DNA of 63,557 nucleotides, the filler included, from Dugesia japonica (Eukaryota): assembly GCA_001938525.1 (NCBI GenBank). It is 5 parts of 5 records of this genome, joined end to end, with 100 filler letters (N's around TTAATTAATTAA, not from the genome) between each part and the next. Parts side by side here need not be neighbours in the genome. Positions count along the whole stretch, not along the records: positions 9,889 to 32,823 come from MQRL01587345.1; positions 32,924 to 41,758 come from MQRL01637851.1; 3 more parts are not named here. One strand, given 5' to 3'. This document shows, piece by piece, positions 25,219 to 37,775 of this stretch. The position numbers were made by a program, and so were the translations under genes. The notes beneath the pieces are model-generated. The model saw only the letters and a program-made list of their open reading frames with translations, made no database searches and was not told where the DNA came from. Numbering within the stretch: position 1 is the first letter of the stretch; each line of letters opens with the position of its first letter.

Positions 25219-28200
25219 CTGTGAAGAAAATGATTCAGTTAATATATTACACAGGAATACTCATAATTTGTGAGTAACATTAGAATTAGATCATATTCAG
25301 TTCAATGAGCAAATATTTGATTTGACAAAAAATGATTAATGATTGCACATCATTAACAAATATTGTTAACATATTTACATTATTTATTTACACGATTTTT
25401 TTAAATTGATATTTTATAAAAGAAATATTCAAATCAGTTTGGATATAGAAAGTTTATATTTAGTGGACACTGCCTTATAGAATACTATGAAATGACAGAT
25501 TAAAAAAAATAATGAAAATAATTTTATCGTAATTACATAATCATATAAAATTAGATTAAAGTTACTAGTCGGGGATTACTTTTTACATAATTCCTTCTTT
25601 ATCTATATAAGAACTTGTCGATAGTCAGTTTGCCTCCACTAAATAAGTAAATTATAGTTATTTAAATAAAGACAATTTAGCAAATAAAATTCCATGAAAG
25701 TTTTGTATGGTTTGCATTAACATTTACTGTGAAAAATAAAAGTGCTCGATGACCCTGGTGCATTTTATATAGTACAATATATGATCAAATAAAAATTTAA
25801 AGCCTTCAAAACTTGATGTGCACTGTAAGTGTGTGTTAAAAAAGCAAGTTAAATTTTTTGCGTGATTGGTGTTTAAAAGAAAGATTTAAAGTTTTGATAA
25901 ATAAATAACAAAAATTTATTTTAAATGATAAATTAAAATTTTCAGTAAACGGAAATTTATTTTAATTTTAAATAAATAAATAAAATTGTTTGAAATAAAT
26001 TAAATTAAAATTATGTTAAATAAATTAAGTTTCAATTTCAAAAATTCAAAAATGATGATTGGATAAAAAAGTAAATTTTTAATAAATAAAATTTTCAAGG
26101 TGAAAGAAATTGCTTAAATTTTAAATAAATAAATTACAGTTTTAGATTTTGAAAAATGATCACCAATGAANNNNNNNNNNNNNNNNNNNNNNNNNNNNNN
26201 NNNNNTGTTGGTTATAGTTTTGATTTTCAATAAAGTGTTGTAATGAATTCGAATTTTGATATTAATGATACGTTGAGTTTTCCAAAGTCAACTAACATGC
26301 ACTTTAAAAATAAATATGGCAATTTAGATGCTGATAATAATTTTAAAATTTTGAAGTTGATAGAAATCATACATTTCCAAATTTTTAGTTTAGTGAAGTT
26401 GACTAACAACTATATAGCTTATCCAGTTTTTGTACTCAATTAGTGTTTATTAGAATTTATAAGGCTTAAAATGATAAAACTGTTACTTGATAATGAGGTG
26501 TAGACAAAAATAAAACTAATTACATTTCAAATGACGTAATTTCTGAAAGGATTGTTTATGAGTTTGGATATTTTACGGCATGTAATTACTGATTTGTTAA
26601 ATCTAATCAAAATAAGTTTAATTTCTAAAAAGCTTTTCTCTGAAACTAGCAAAAAGTCTTCGGCACTTCATTGAACTCTTAAGCATTAACTTAATTAATA
26701 ACTATCAATCAACTTTAAAGTGTTTTAATACATTATTTAAGCATTTCTTAATGTATTCCATGTAATGATGTTTATATTACCTTTATATAAATTGATTTTC
26801 AATTAATTAGATTATTTTTAAGATTGATTTAGAAAGGAGAGAAGAAAAGGTTTTAGTGGTGTAAATAGTTGAAAGGGTTAAAAGCCATTATATCAGATAG
26901 TAAAGACTTGTTTTTGAATTCAAAAAATACAAAATCTGTAAAAAATTTAAATGGGTTTTATAATAAAAATTTCTACAATTAATAAAACCAAACTTTATCA
27001 AATTTTCAGAAATGAATTTTAGACTTTTAAACCAGCTTGAAAAGAAAACATAAATTGAATAAACTGAATTTAGTTTGAAATAAATTTATCAAAGTTCATA
27101 AAAATAATCAAATAATAATTGGCTAATTAATTAATAATAATTAACAATCAATTAATTATTAATAATAATTAATTAAAAATATGCAATAAAATAGTTAAGT
27201 TTGAAATAGCTTCAATTGCTAGTTATAAAATGCATAGGGAAATGATTACAATTCCAACTTAGCAAGATCATTTGTCATAAATACCAAAATATTCAGTCTT
27301 AAAAAATTCTTAAAAGACTCCAATGTTACAAATATTATCAAATATAAATAATACTTTCAATAAAAATTATTAATTATTTGATTTATAATGAGATACTAAC
27401 AAAAAATTAAACCAAATCTTGTATAAGAAGCAAAACAGAGTAAAACATCGATTTTGTGATGACACAAAAATCTCACAAAATTTTTCATGTTTATAATATC
27501 AATGTCATCCGTTTATTAATATTAATATAATCGTGCAGCATCTCTTTATTTTACCGTTTTAAAATTACTATTTGTGATATAAATAGTAATATAGAATAAA
27601 TATTTATTAAATACTATGAAAAAATGACAAAATTTGCATAATAATATCGATTATGGTTCAGTGAGATTATTACGGTAGTCTAGATTATAGTATAATGATG
27701 ATTTCATAAATATTTTGTTGTCCATAGTATAGGTGTAACACATATTTTGTGGTAAACGTGGTCACCATATTATATTAAATTTATTCTATACATANNNNNN
27801 NNNNNNNNNNNNNNNNNNNNNNNNNNNNNNNNNNNNNNNNNNNNNNNNNNNNNNNNNNNTTACTTTATCATACATACATACAATCAATAATCTAATTTAT
27901 TTACACTAACAATGAAATATGGTTATCTAATTAATTCACAGATAATGATATTCTTATGATTTTTTTAATAAATTTATGAATAATATAAGATTGTTTGTTA
28001 TTGTACTTTCAAAATTATAATTTTGCATCAAATTGAAATTAATTCAACCTCAATAATGTATGAAGAAATAACTTCATATTTTATTAGCAAACCTATTACG
28101 AATTTGCAATAAACTTTTAAAACATAACTCGAAAGATAATTGGAAATCCTTTCCTATAAATCAATATTTCAAGTCTTAAATTGTAAAACGATAAAATGTC

Positions 28201-28389
28201 AAGAAAGATAGGAAGGATATAAACAAAAAAAAACATCTGTATATCAAGATTTGGAAAAATGTCTAAAAGTTTATACTTTTTGTTCAGTTTTAGTAAATTA
28301 AAAGGCTTATATCAATTGATTTTTTTGTAAATTCTTCTCAGAAATTCTAATTTTTAACAATGGTCTTCTTTAGGGATTTATTTAAAAAA

Positions 28390-28541
28390 ATTCCTGAAGA
28401 AAACCATCTTTAAAATTTCGTATTGCTAAGAAAACATAAAAAAATACATTATTTTGATCTAAGCCTTTTGATTTATTAAACTTTAAAAAAATATCAATGT
28501 TTAAGTCCAACAATTGTTCTCGCAATAATTCTTGTTATTGT
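28390..28541 (+). repeat. Solo decayed hammerhead pLTR-like repeat
   Basis: ATTCCTGAAGAAAAC...TTTTGATCTAAGCCTTT...ATCAATGTTTAAGTCCAACAATTGTTCTCGCAATAATT. Confidence 0.72.
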
Positions 28542-28659
28542 AAAACTGTTTGTTCATTGTTCAACTTCATTTGTTTTCTAGAAAATCTAATTTTTCTTCA
28601 ACTAACAATTGGAAATACTTTATTCAAAAAGGGGATCTATAAAAATTATATCACACCAC

Positions 28660-28736
28660 AATTATTCTATTTCCTTAATAAAACATTTCGACAATCGATA
28701 CAAACCGATAAAATCATACGGATTTATCAATTTCAG
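28660..28736 (-). repeat. Intronic partial duplicate of RhoGEF exon sequence 29981-30057
   Basis: 77-bp direct repeat with only a handful of mismatches (CGACAATCGATACAAACCG.TAAAATCATACGGATTTATCAATTTCAG). Confidence 0.9.
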
Positions 28737-29741
28737 ATGAAATACTGAATAAATATGATAAATCTTGTAGATTATTCCATCATTAAGTTAAAATCAAAAT
28801 TGAATTTAAACCAGCAAATAATATAAAATTTGTCATATTAAATCTATTAGTCATAATTGACCAGAATCACAAAATGAATCATATATTTACATAGCACAGA
28901 AACCGTAACACTATCTAATAATTCGATTTGAAAATATTAAATAAATATTGAATGATATAGTAAGACAATAAATAAATTGTAATTTTTTTCTCCTTCAATA
29001 ACAAGAGGATTAATCAAAAATGGAAAAGAAATATTTTAATAGTATCTTATTAATTTATTATATGAAATTTAAAATGACGTTTCTGTTCACGATAAATGCC
29101 AGACAATAACTAAATATTTGGCACATTAGAATAAGATTGTTTGAATATTTCTCAAAAATTGATAAATCAAATGTATTAATAAAACAAGACAAGCATATTA
29201 CTCATTATTACAAACTAGCCTTTTGAGTAATACAGTTAAATCCAATTGTTGTTCAAACCACAATGGTCAAACTAAATGTCAAATTCAACTGAATGAATCC
29301 ATAAAGTTGAATCGGAATGCGGTATATTTAACCCTTTGTTGCCTGAGATAAGTAAGAATTGAAAATTCACGACTTTTTAAAAAATAATTTCATTTTAGGG
29401 TTCAATATAGACTGTAAATATTTTTCAATTTATTTTATTTTTTTTTCTTTAATTTTTTTAGGGTTTTATATGCGATTCACGCATAGTACTCAGATGTTCG
29501 TATATTCAAATGTAATTCACAGAAAATTATATAACAAAATCATTTGAAAATCAAAAATCTCCGGAACAATTTTTATTTTCAATTAATTTTATTTATTTTA
29601 ATGAATCACGGTTTAATTATTAATTAATTTTTGTTAAATGAAAATTAATACACTTAGTGTAGTCAATATTTTTTATTTTATAAAAACCTGAATAAGTATA
29701 GAGAAGGTAATAATTAGTTATATCAATAAATTGAATGTTAC

Positions 29742-30073
29742 TTTGAGTAGTAGATGATATCTCAAAATTCTTTGAACGGGTTTAAGAAGGAATGTACTAA
29801 GGGGTAACTGGTGTCCTAATTGTATTTGGCACTTAATAAGGCTTTGCCATGTGTAGGATGAAGTGGTTTCCATATGATGTAAATGCTTGACAGACCTGAA
29901 CAGAAAAGTAGTACGTGAAAACCAATTTATTTTAAACAAACTGTGTATAATTTGTACAATATTCGGAATAAAGATTTTCGAATTGTTCTATTTCTTCGAT
30001 AAAACATTCCGACAATCGATACAAACCGCTAAAATCATACGGATTTATCAATTTCAGTTTCTCCAGGAAAACC
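29742..30073 (-). CDS. PLEKHG1: PLEKHG1/3-like RhoGEF, DH domain exons (29942-30073, 29742-29895)
   Basis: LYSEYCTNYTQSV and LGHQLPLSTFLLKPVQRILRYHLLLK, the DH CR3 motif typical of the PLEKHG1/2/3 family. 46-nt intron. Confidence 0.92.
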
Positions 30074-31599
30074 CTATAAATAAATAAAATTGAATATTTG
30101 ATAAATTATAATTGATTTTTCAGTTATTAAAAATTTAGTTTATTTCAATAGCATGACTTGAATTTCAAACAATTCAATAAATGCAGTGGGATTTATCAAT
30201 ATTAAAAATATCAGCAATCTATGAATGTTCTTGTAACTAAAAATACATTTAGTAGCAGAACATGCGAACAGATATTGTTGATTGAATGAACTGGTATTTA
30301 TGTGAATTGATTATCATCACTATATCATTTAGTTACTCCACCTCCCCACTCACCATTCCAAAGTCAATATACATGAACAAACACAAATAAATAAAAAATA
30401 AGCTTTACTGATTTGCATAAATAAAATCGTTGCTCATTAAATCAATAATCGGCGTCTTTCATAAGACAAGCATNNNNNNNNNNNNNNNNNNNNNNNNNNN
30501 NNNATTCATCATCTCAGTGGAATGGAATGATAATTTGGATATTTATGTCAAATTAATAATGTCAATCAATATAATTTTAGGCATGTCGACAAACGATTTT
30601 TTCACGATAAATATGTTGATTGTAGAATTTTTCTAATGGAAAATGTGCATTTCTCAGACTATGTAGTATGGATTTGAATGATAATGAATTTCAGTGATAA
30701 TGAACGATTACTATTGACTCGGTACCATCCGTCAAAAATGACGGTTTGTAAATGAAATTTTAATAGTCAAAAATTTCCACAATGGTCTGAAAAAATTACA
30801 AAATTTTAAATATTAACAAAAATAAACTTAAAAAAATTTATGATAATCCGTTAATGCTATGTCGTTAGAATACCAAGGGTGTTGAAGAACCTACTCTTGT
30901 AGCTTTTTGACAATAAAAAATAAAAGTATATGTCTAAAATGCTGTTTAATTTATTTTTTTTAATTTATTGTTTAATTTGGCATTGCATTTGTAAAAGCTC
31001 CAGGATTTTAATCAAATTTATTAACATGTAAAAAATACTTAGATTTTGTAGACCACAAAAATGGATTTTAAATAAATGTTATTTTACAATAATATAACAA
31101 ATTTTTAAACAAACTACAATTTGCAATAAAATCAAATCCAGGAAAATTATCTTACAAACAAATATGTTCAATGAAATTAATAATTAAGCTTCGAGTTATG
31201 TAATTTTAACAAATACTAACGTTTATATTAATAAGAAATTGTGTTGATTTACAATTTATTTTTTTTCTCTATAATGCGTTTGATTTGAAATATTTTTTAC
31301 TGGTACTCTTTCACAATTTTTTATAATTTGATCCAAAACTTTATTACATATTTGTTATAAAAATAACAGTCAATTTAAAATTTATTTATTTGTGTCACTA
31401 AGATATTTTCACTTTATCATAACTTCTAAAGGTTTATTTACATTAAATTTTTATATAAAAATAAAGTTTGCATGAAAATAACAGTTATTTAAACTTTACA
31501 TTTATATTTCTATAACTTATATGAACTTTGAAATAATTTATATAACCTTCATAACTCGAGCGTTACAGACAAATTTACATACATACCGACGTATAAAAT

Positions 31600-31638
<39 letters not shown>

Positions 31639-31651
31639 AAATGTGTGTGTG
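31600..31651. repeat. (TA)n(TG)n microsatellite
   Basis: Direct reading. Confidence 0.92.
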
Positions 31652-31781
31652 ATAATAAAAGCAATAGTTACAATAAGAAAGCATTGTTTGCAATATTACA
31701 AAACATGAAAATTCCAAATATTCTTTATCAATAATTAGAATCGATATTTATTTTAACTTAATTAGCAAATAATTATCTTAC

Positions 31782-31873
31782 GAATGAAATTCACGCAGAT
31801 CCTTCCAGTTTGAGAATATGAGTGCCACTTCTTTGTCACCCATAAATAACGAATTTGACATTTTCAAATAACC
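31782..31873 (-). CDS. PLEKHG1: PLEKHG1/3-like RhoGEF, DH exon (gene 5' end lies beyond the contig break)
   Basis: CAG|GYLKMSNSLFMGDKEVALIFSNWKDLREFHS|GTAAG; DH IFxN...FH motif; phase matches the next exon. Confidence 0.88.
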
Positions 31874-32409
31874 CTGAAAAATAAATTTTTAGTATCAACA
31901 AAATATTTATAATTTATTAATATTTAATCATTAATAACCCTTCAGCATTCAAATATAAAAACTGGTGTTAATTCTAACAGACATTTTGCTGGGGGGAAAT
32001 AATTAATGGTATTAGAAAATATAAAATATAATAAATTACAAATTTCATTACAAACCCAATTTTTCATGATAACTGAAAATAATTATATTATTCGTACAAA
32101 TGACAAAATTTTAAATAGTATTCTATCTTTGATTGTTTATTTATTGTGTGAAATGAGTTAGTAACAACATTTTCTGTACCAAAATAAGAAGGTATTTCTA
32201 GAAAAATTTTGATAAAATATACAATGAGAATCATTGTCTAGAAAATAGAAAAAAATTATTATTTTATACTAATGCATTAACCACTTAACCCGTAAATAAT
32301 CAAAAATACAAAAATCATCCACCCTTTCACCTTTTTAATGNAGGAATATCTAATAGAATTTCACTACAATAAATGCACATCCAGGCACATTTAACTACAT
32401 CGGTTTCCT

Positions 32410-32560
32410 ATACAATTACAAAAATTATTGCAAGAATAATTGTTGGATTTAACCATTGATCGCATTAATAAAGTTTCAATAAAATAAAAGGTTTAGATTT
32501 ACTGAAGACTATCGTCAAAAATTCGGATTGCTAACAAAACAACATCGGTTCGATTGCTTA
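32410..32560. repeat. Rearranged copy of the hammerhead pLTR repeat
   Basis: Minus-oriented AATAATTGTTGGATTTAACCATTGATCG is joined to plus-oriented TGAAGAC-TATC-GTC-aAA-AATT-C-GGATT. Confidence 0.72.
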
Positions 32561-32823
32561 TATTATTTCAAAGAAAAACTATTTCATATATTGATGTCTT
32601 CATTAATCTGGACACATTACATTTTATTTGGTTCAACTTGAAAAAATAAACTAGTTAATAGATTTTTTAAAAAAATGTTAATGTTTTTAAAAAGATTAGT
32701 TATTCATAAAAGCTTTTTTATTAAAAATTAAAATTTTAATCAATATACTTTTGAAAAACTGAAGAGGTAATAGAATTGTGGTTTTATCTAATCAAAAGAA
32801 ATTTATTATTGTGACAATGATAT

Positions 32824-32923
32824 NNNNNNNNNNNNNNNNNNNNNNNNNNNNNNNNNNNNNNNNNNNNTTAATTAATTAANNNNNNNNNNNNNNNNNNNNN
32901 NNNNNNNNNNNNNNNNNNNNNNN
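32824..32923. other. Artificial contig linker
   Basis: 44N-TTAATTAATTAA-44N. Confidence 0.97.
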
Positions 32924-34246
32924 TAATATATATATAATTAAATATTATATTATTAATATTTAATATATAACATTTAATATAATAAAAATATTTAAAATTG
33001 ACTTTTTAGTTAATTTGGATGTTTGATAAATTAATGATTTGATGCGTTTTCATACAAAAGATTAAACAATTTGGTGATTTTCATGAAATTTTTGTTTTAA
33101 TTCTTTGAAAGTTATTCTTGGATTCTCTTCAACATACTGCTCCATAAAGACATGGTATTCAGCAGAAATTATGGATCTTCTCCTTTCACAACGTTGTTTT
33201 TCGTTTTCTTGTTGATTGATGCATCGGTAAGCGGTGGGTATTTTTACTCCTAATGTATTTTTAAGTGATCTCAGTCTCCATTATTATTATATAATGTACA
33301 AAGTTGTTTTTTATTTAATAAAAATTGAAGTTTATTTCAACTTCAAATAAATTATTCCCGATGTGAACATGTTTATTCTCAATTTGAAATTGTTTATTCC
33401 CAATTTGAAGTTGAAAAGGTATAGATCAGCTTATACAGACAAATAGAAACCCAGTTCATTANNNNNNNNNNNNNNNNNNNNNNNNNNNNNNNNNNNNNNN
33501 NNNNNNNNNNNNNNNNNNNNNNNNNNNNNNNNNNNNNNNNNNNNNNNNNNNNNNNNNNNNNNNNNNNNNNNNNNNNNNNNNNNNNNNNNNNNNNNNNNNN
33601 NNNNNNNNNNNNNNNNNNNNNNNNNNNNNNNNNNNNNNNNNNNNNNNNNNNNNNNNNNNNNNNNNNNNNNNNNNNNNNNNNNNNNNNNNNNNNNNNNNNN
33701 NNNNNNNNNNNNNNNNNNNNNNNNNNNNNNNNNNNNNNNNNNNNNNNNNNNATTGATTAAATTAAAAATAAATATTTAACATCTGTAAGAATAAGAACTG
33801 TCAAAAAGTTTAGTTTGATGGATTGATAATTGCGTTGAATGTTTACGTGAAATACACGTGAATTAATTAAATAGATAAATCTATTGAAAATAAATTACGT
33901 TTTATACAATTGTCAAATACGTAAGATATGTACTTTGAAAATTAAAATGAACTTTACAATATGTAATTAATGAATAAAGTCAAAAAAACTTAATATTGTC
34001 ATTCATAAAAATCTNNNNNNNNNNNNNNNNNNNNNNNNNNNNNNNNNNNNNNNNNNNNNNNNNNNNNNNNNNNNNNNNNNNNNNNNNNNNNNNNNNNNNN
34101 NNNNNNNNNNNNNNNNNNNNNNNNNNNNNNNNNNNNNNNNNNNNNNACCAATAATTTTACAGCCAATGTAAACTGAAATTATTTTCGTGTAGTTCTAAAT
34201 CAAGAATGTTTAATTCAGTCCAACACATATTTTAGATTTCTATGTA

Positions 34247-34598
34247 TTAGGGTGAGTCTTTAAATTGTGGACACTTTTTTGCTTTGTATTGCATTCGAAA
34301 AAACTCATCAGTAAATATCATTTACATATTTATTGTTATACATCAGATCTATGGCACATTTCTAGCATGGAAGAACCTTTGTAAATCTAGAAAACGTGGA
34401 AATCAAGTGTCGTAAATTTTGAGTCTAAAGAAAAGGGATGTTATCGTCGTGGAATAGGAACTTGCACAACTTTGATTCAATGTGTTGAACATAATGGCGT
34501 TTATTTTGAAATATTATCTTTTTTAGTCGTTGAGTTATACATGTTGAAAGTTTNNNNNNNNGATTAAATGCACCCACGAACTTATGATTCATCTTAAT
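34247..34598 (+). mobile_element. Short mariner relic
   Basis: TA|TTAGGGTGAGTC start, C-terminal YRRGI...QCVEHNG motif, and a right end CACGAACTTATGATTCATCTTAA|TA. Confidence 0.55.
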
Positions 34599-34884
34599 AT
34601 GTATTGACTATTACTGTTAATTAATATCTACTAAAAATTTATTTAAAAACTACCGCTTCACAATCGTAATATAAAACGACATTCATTAATTTAATTAATT
34701 TCATTTAACACTAAATAAATTAATATAATATATCACAATTACATTTTTGTGTAAGTCAGAAGTTCCAAAATGTTCATCACTCTTGTTCGAAATGTTATGA
34801 ACGAATCAGTAAATATAAACCACTTTTAAAAATTTTAGTTTTAGCAGTAAATTTAAATTCATACAGCAAATATAAACTTCATAC

Positions 34885-35020
34885 CATCCTGGATTTTCAA
34901 ATATGTTTCTAGCAATAGGAGCAGGTGTGATGCAATTATTATATCCCATACCAATATATGAACGCCATACTTCATTACGATCCGCGATCCTTCTAAGGTT
35001 TATGATTAACTCTCCTTCAG
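34885..35020 (-). CDS. GLDC: Glycine dehydrogenase (decarboxylating) P protein, exon 3
   Basis: EGELIINLRRIADRNEVWRSYIGMGYNNCITPAPIARNIFENPGW with TAG/GT boundaries. The rest of the gene is lost in gaps or at the contig end. Confidence 0.95.
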
Positions 35021-35117
35021 CTAAAAAAATAATATATCATAATACATGCTATTTACAAATTCCAAAAAGTTTTCATGAATGTAATGATTTAAACTTCATG
35101 ATAATTATTATTAATAC

Positions 35118-35259
35118 TGCTGATTTTACTCAGAAAACTATTATTCTCAATTAAAAATTTTTTATTAATTATAAATAATTTTAATAAGCTTAGCAAAAAT
35201 TATTAATAAAATTTAAAAATTTTTAATTGAGAATAATAGTTTTCTGGGTAACATCAGCA
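35118..35259. repeat. Long inverted repeat (hairpin/palindromic MITE-like)
   Basis: ~44-bp arms TGCTGATTTTACTCAGAAAACTATTATTCTCAATTAAAAATTTT and its near-perfect reverse complement. Confidence 0.9.
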
Positions 35260-35482
35260 AGACTTCAGATTTTTTGATTCCAAATTTCGTAATTATGAAA
35301 TTATAAATTTGCAATAATTCTATTAACAAATATTTTATTTTTAAAGTATTTTTATTTTAATATTTAAAAATTATGTTAATTAAAATTTTTGAATATTTTA
35401 AATTAGTATTTTTTTAATTTTAAAAAATTTTAAATAATTAATTATTAAAATTAATTGTTTTAGGAAATAAAATTTCAAAATA

Positions 35483-36449
35483 TTAGGCAGTCCAATATGA
35501 AATTGCGGATTTTTAATATAAAATTATTCTTATTCAAAAATATTCAAATGCAATAGTTGTTATAAAGCGCTATATTCGTATTTCCCATCATTGAAAAAAT
35601 AAGCATATAAATTTAAAATTGAATTTTTTTTAATTTTAAAGATATTACAAAAGAACAAATTCGAGTGTCTTGTATGATTTTTAACTGAATCCTATAGCAA
35701 CGGAGGGAAGTCGCAACATAAAATCGGCATAGAGTGAAAACAGAGTAAAATAACGTACAGCACAATTTTAGATCAAAAGATTTCAAGATGGTGACATGAG
35801 CTTGGAAAACATAGATCGGTTACTCGGTTAAATAATGGTGAATTGAAGGCAACTATTGAAGCCGATACTCGTAAAATATTTCGAACAGTCAAACATTTGC
35901 ACAAGTGTAGTGTTTATTCAAAGAAGATGATTATTACTATATGGTGGTCTATGGCTGGATTAATTAATTGACTTCTTAAACCTGATGAGGCTGTTACTGC
36001 GCAATCATACCGTAAGGAAATTAATATCACGCACGAAAGGCTGCTTCAAAAACAGCTGGTGCTTGTAAATTGAAATTGGTCAACGTTAGATCACATGTGT
36101 ATCGATTAACCGTACACAAATGGCATGAATTAAAGTATGATGTTTAATCTCGCCCACCTTATTCGCTAAATCTTTCACCATCAAATTATCACGTGTCCAA
36201 GTATATAAATGCATTTCTTACCAATGAGATCTTCTGCGACCTAAGTGCCATTCAAAAATGACAGCTTAGTTTTTCGAATCAAGAAGTCCTACATTTTATC
36301 AAAAAGGAATCAATAAATTAAATCATAAAATTTGCAAAAGCCTATTAACAGCATTGAAACATATTTTGATTAATAAATTTATTTAGCAACTCTTTATGAT
36401 TTGTTATTCCTACTGTTTAAATTCCGCAATCTCATATTGGACAAACTAA
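35483..36449 (+). mobile_element. Internally deleted mariner element in GLDC intron 2
   Basis: TIRs TTAGGCAGTCCAATATGAAATTGCGGA and TCCGCAATCTCATATTGGACAAACTAA with TA TSD. Relic motifs KRFQDGD, ITIWWS, PPYSLNLSPSNYH. Confidence 0.9.
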
Positions 36450-37075
36450 TAAAAAATTAATTTACATTATTAGTTAAATTTAAAGTCACACAAGTCTCCA
36501 TAAATTGTTTATTGATTATTACAAGTCTTTTATTAAAATTAAAAATATGAAATAACATTTCACAAATTTNAAACAAATAATCCGAGAAATCTTAAAATAT
36601 TTNTCAAAAATGTTGATTTTTTTAAATACCAAAATACTTTTATATTTAATTATTTTTAAAACTTAATTTTACCAAATAATGTTTATAATTTTATAATTTA
36701 ACATAATATAAATATCGACTTTAATTTTAAAATACCTTTATTATTTTTTAAATCTATTTTTTACAAAATAATTTTTATAATTTTATACTTTAAAATTTTG
36801 AAATACTTTTATTTTACGATTATTTTTTTTTTACGTTTACAAAATAATTTTTATAATTTCATAATTTTGTCTAATTTAATATATAGACTTTATTCAATTA
36901 ATTTGTACTTATTATAAATTATTTTTTTATATTGAAAATTTTATTTCCTGAATCAATTATGAAAATTAATAATTTAAAAATAATAAATTTCATAATTTAA
37001 TAAATCATTAAATAGACTTAAAATTTCAATAAATTAAAAATCGATGAACAAAAAAATTTTCATTAATTATTCAAG

Positions 37076-37110
37076 TAAATCCATGAAGACTGTTGTCGAT
37101 AACTTGGATC
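37076..37110 (+). repeat. Highly decayed hammerhead pLTR copy
   Basis: AATCC-ATGAAGAC-TGTT-GTC-GAt-AAcT-T-GGAT matches the family consensus with a 2-nt core deletion. Confidence 0.5.
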
Positions 37111-37348
37111 TCTAACAAAAAATTAAAGAAAATCTTGATTGGAAATTAGATTAAAAATAATTTAATGAATATTAATCCTAAATTTAAAATATTAAGAAAA
37201 TCATTAACATTTTGCAACAAGAAAAATAATGGAGTTTTATTAAAATTTACAAAGAAAATTAAGAAGAGTCATGGTAGCTAGGTCCGCCTGATCGGCATTA
37301 CAAAAACACATATTTAACAGATTGAAATTTTTTACTTACATTAAAACA

Positions 37349-37487
37349 CAGTTCAACCTCTAAAATTTGCTAATTCTTTTATTATATTTTTGTAAATTAT
37401 TTACGTATTTTACAAGAAAATATTATCTCAAAAATATGCTAAAAATATTCGGACACCAAAATGAGCAAATTTTAGATGTTTAAACTG
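37349..37487. mobile_element. Small pogo-like MITE
   Basis: TIRs CAGTTCAACCTCTAAAATTTGCT and AGCAAATTTTAGATGTTTAAACTG|TA. Confidence 0.7.
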
Positions 37488-37696
37488 TACATGTTAAATA
37501 TGTATTTAATTCATTCTTTTAACTACAAGTCACTACATACATAAATTAGCAAAGGGTTCCTGGGAAATTATTTATTTCGTTCATGCAGCAAGACAAAAAT
37601 AATACGTGTATTTATTAATGAAAAATAAATTTTAATGAGTTATAATTTTTTTGATAGAACAAATTTGAAAAATTATTATTTTAAATTAAAACATAC

Positions 37697-37775
37697 TTAA
37701 AGGATCACTTAATTTTATGAATTTCTGACATTTGATAGATTTTGGAATGGTCAATTGTATCATTTCTTTGAAGGA
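37697..37775 (-). CDS. GLDC: Glycine dehydrogenase, exon 2
   Basis: CAG|SFKEMIQLTIPKSIKCQKFIKLSDPL|GTATGT; phases match exons 1 and 3. Confidence 0.9.

Noticed and set aside
34903-35154. Plus-strand ORFs such as 34903-35154, 24902-25132 and 29887-30087
   Set aside because: Antisense shadows of real minus-strand exons.
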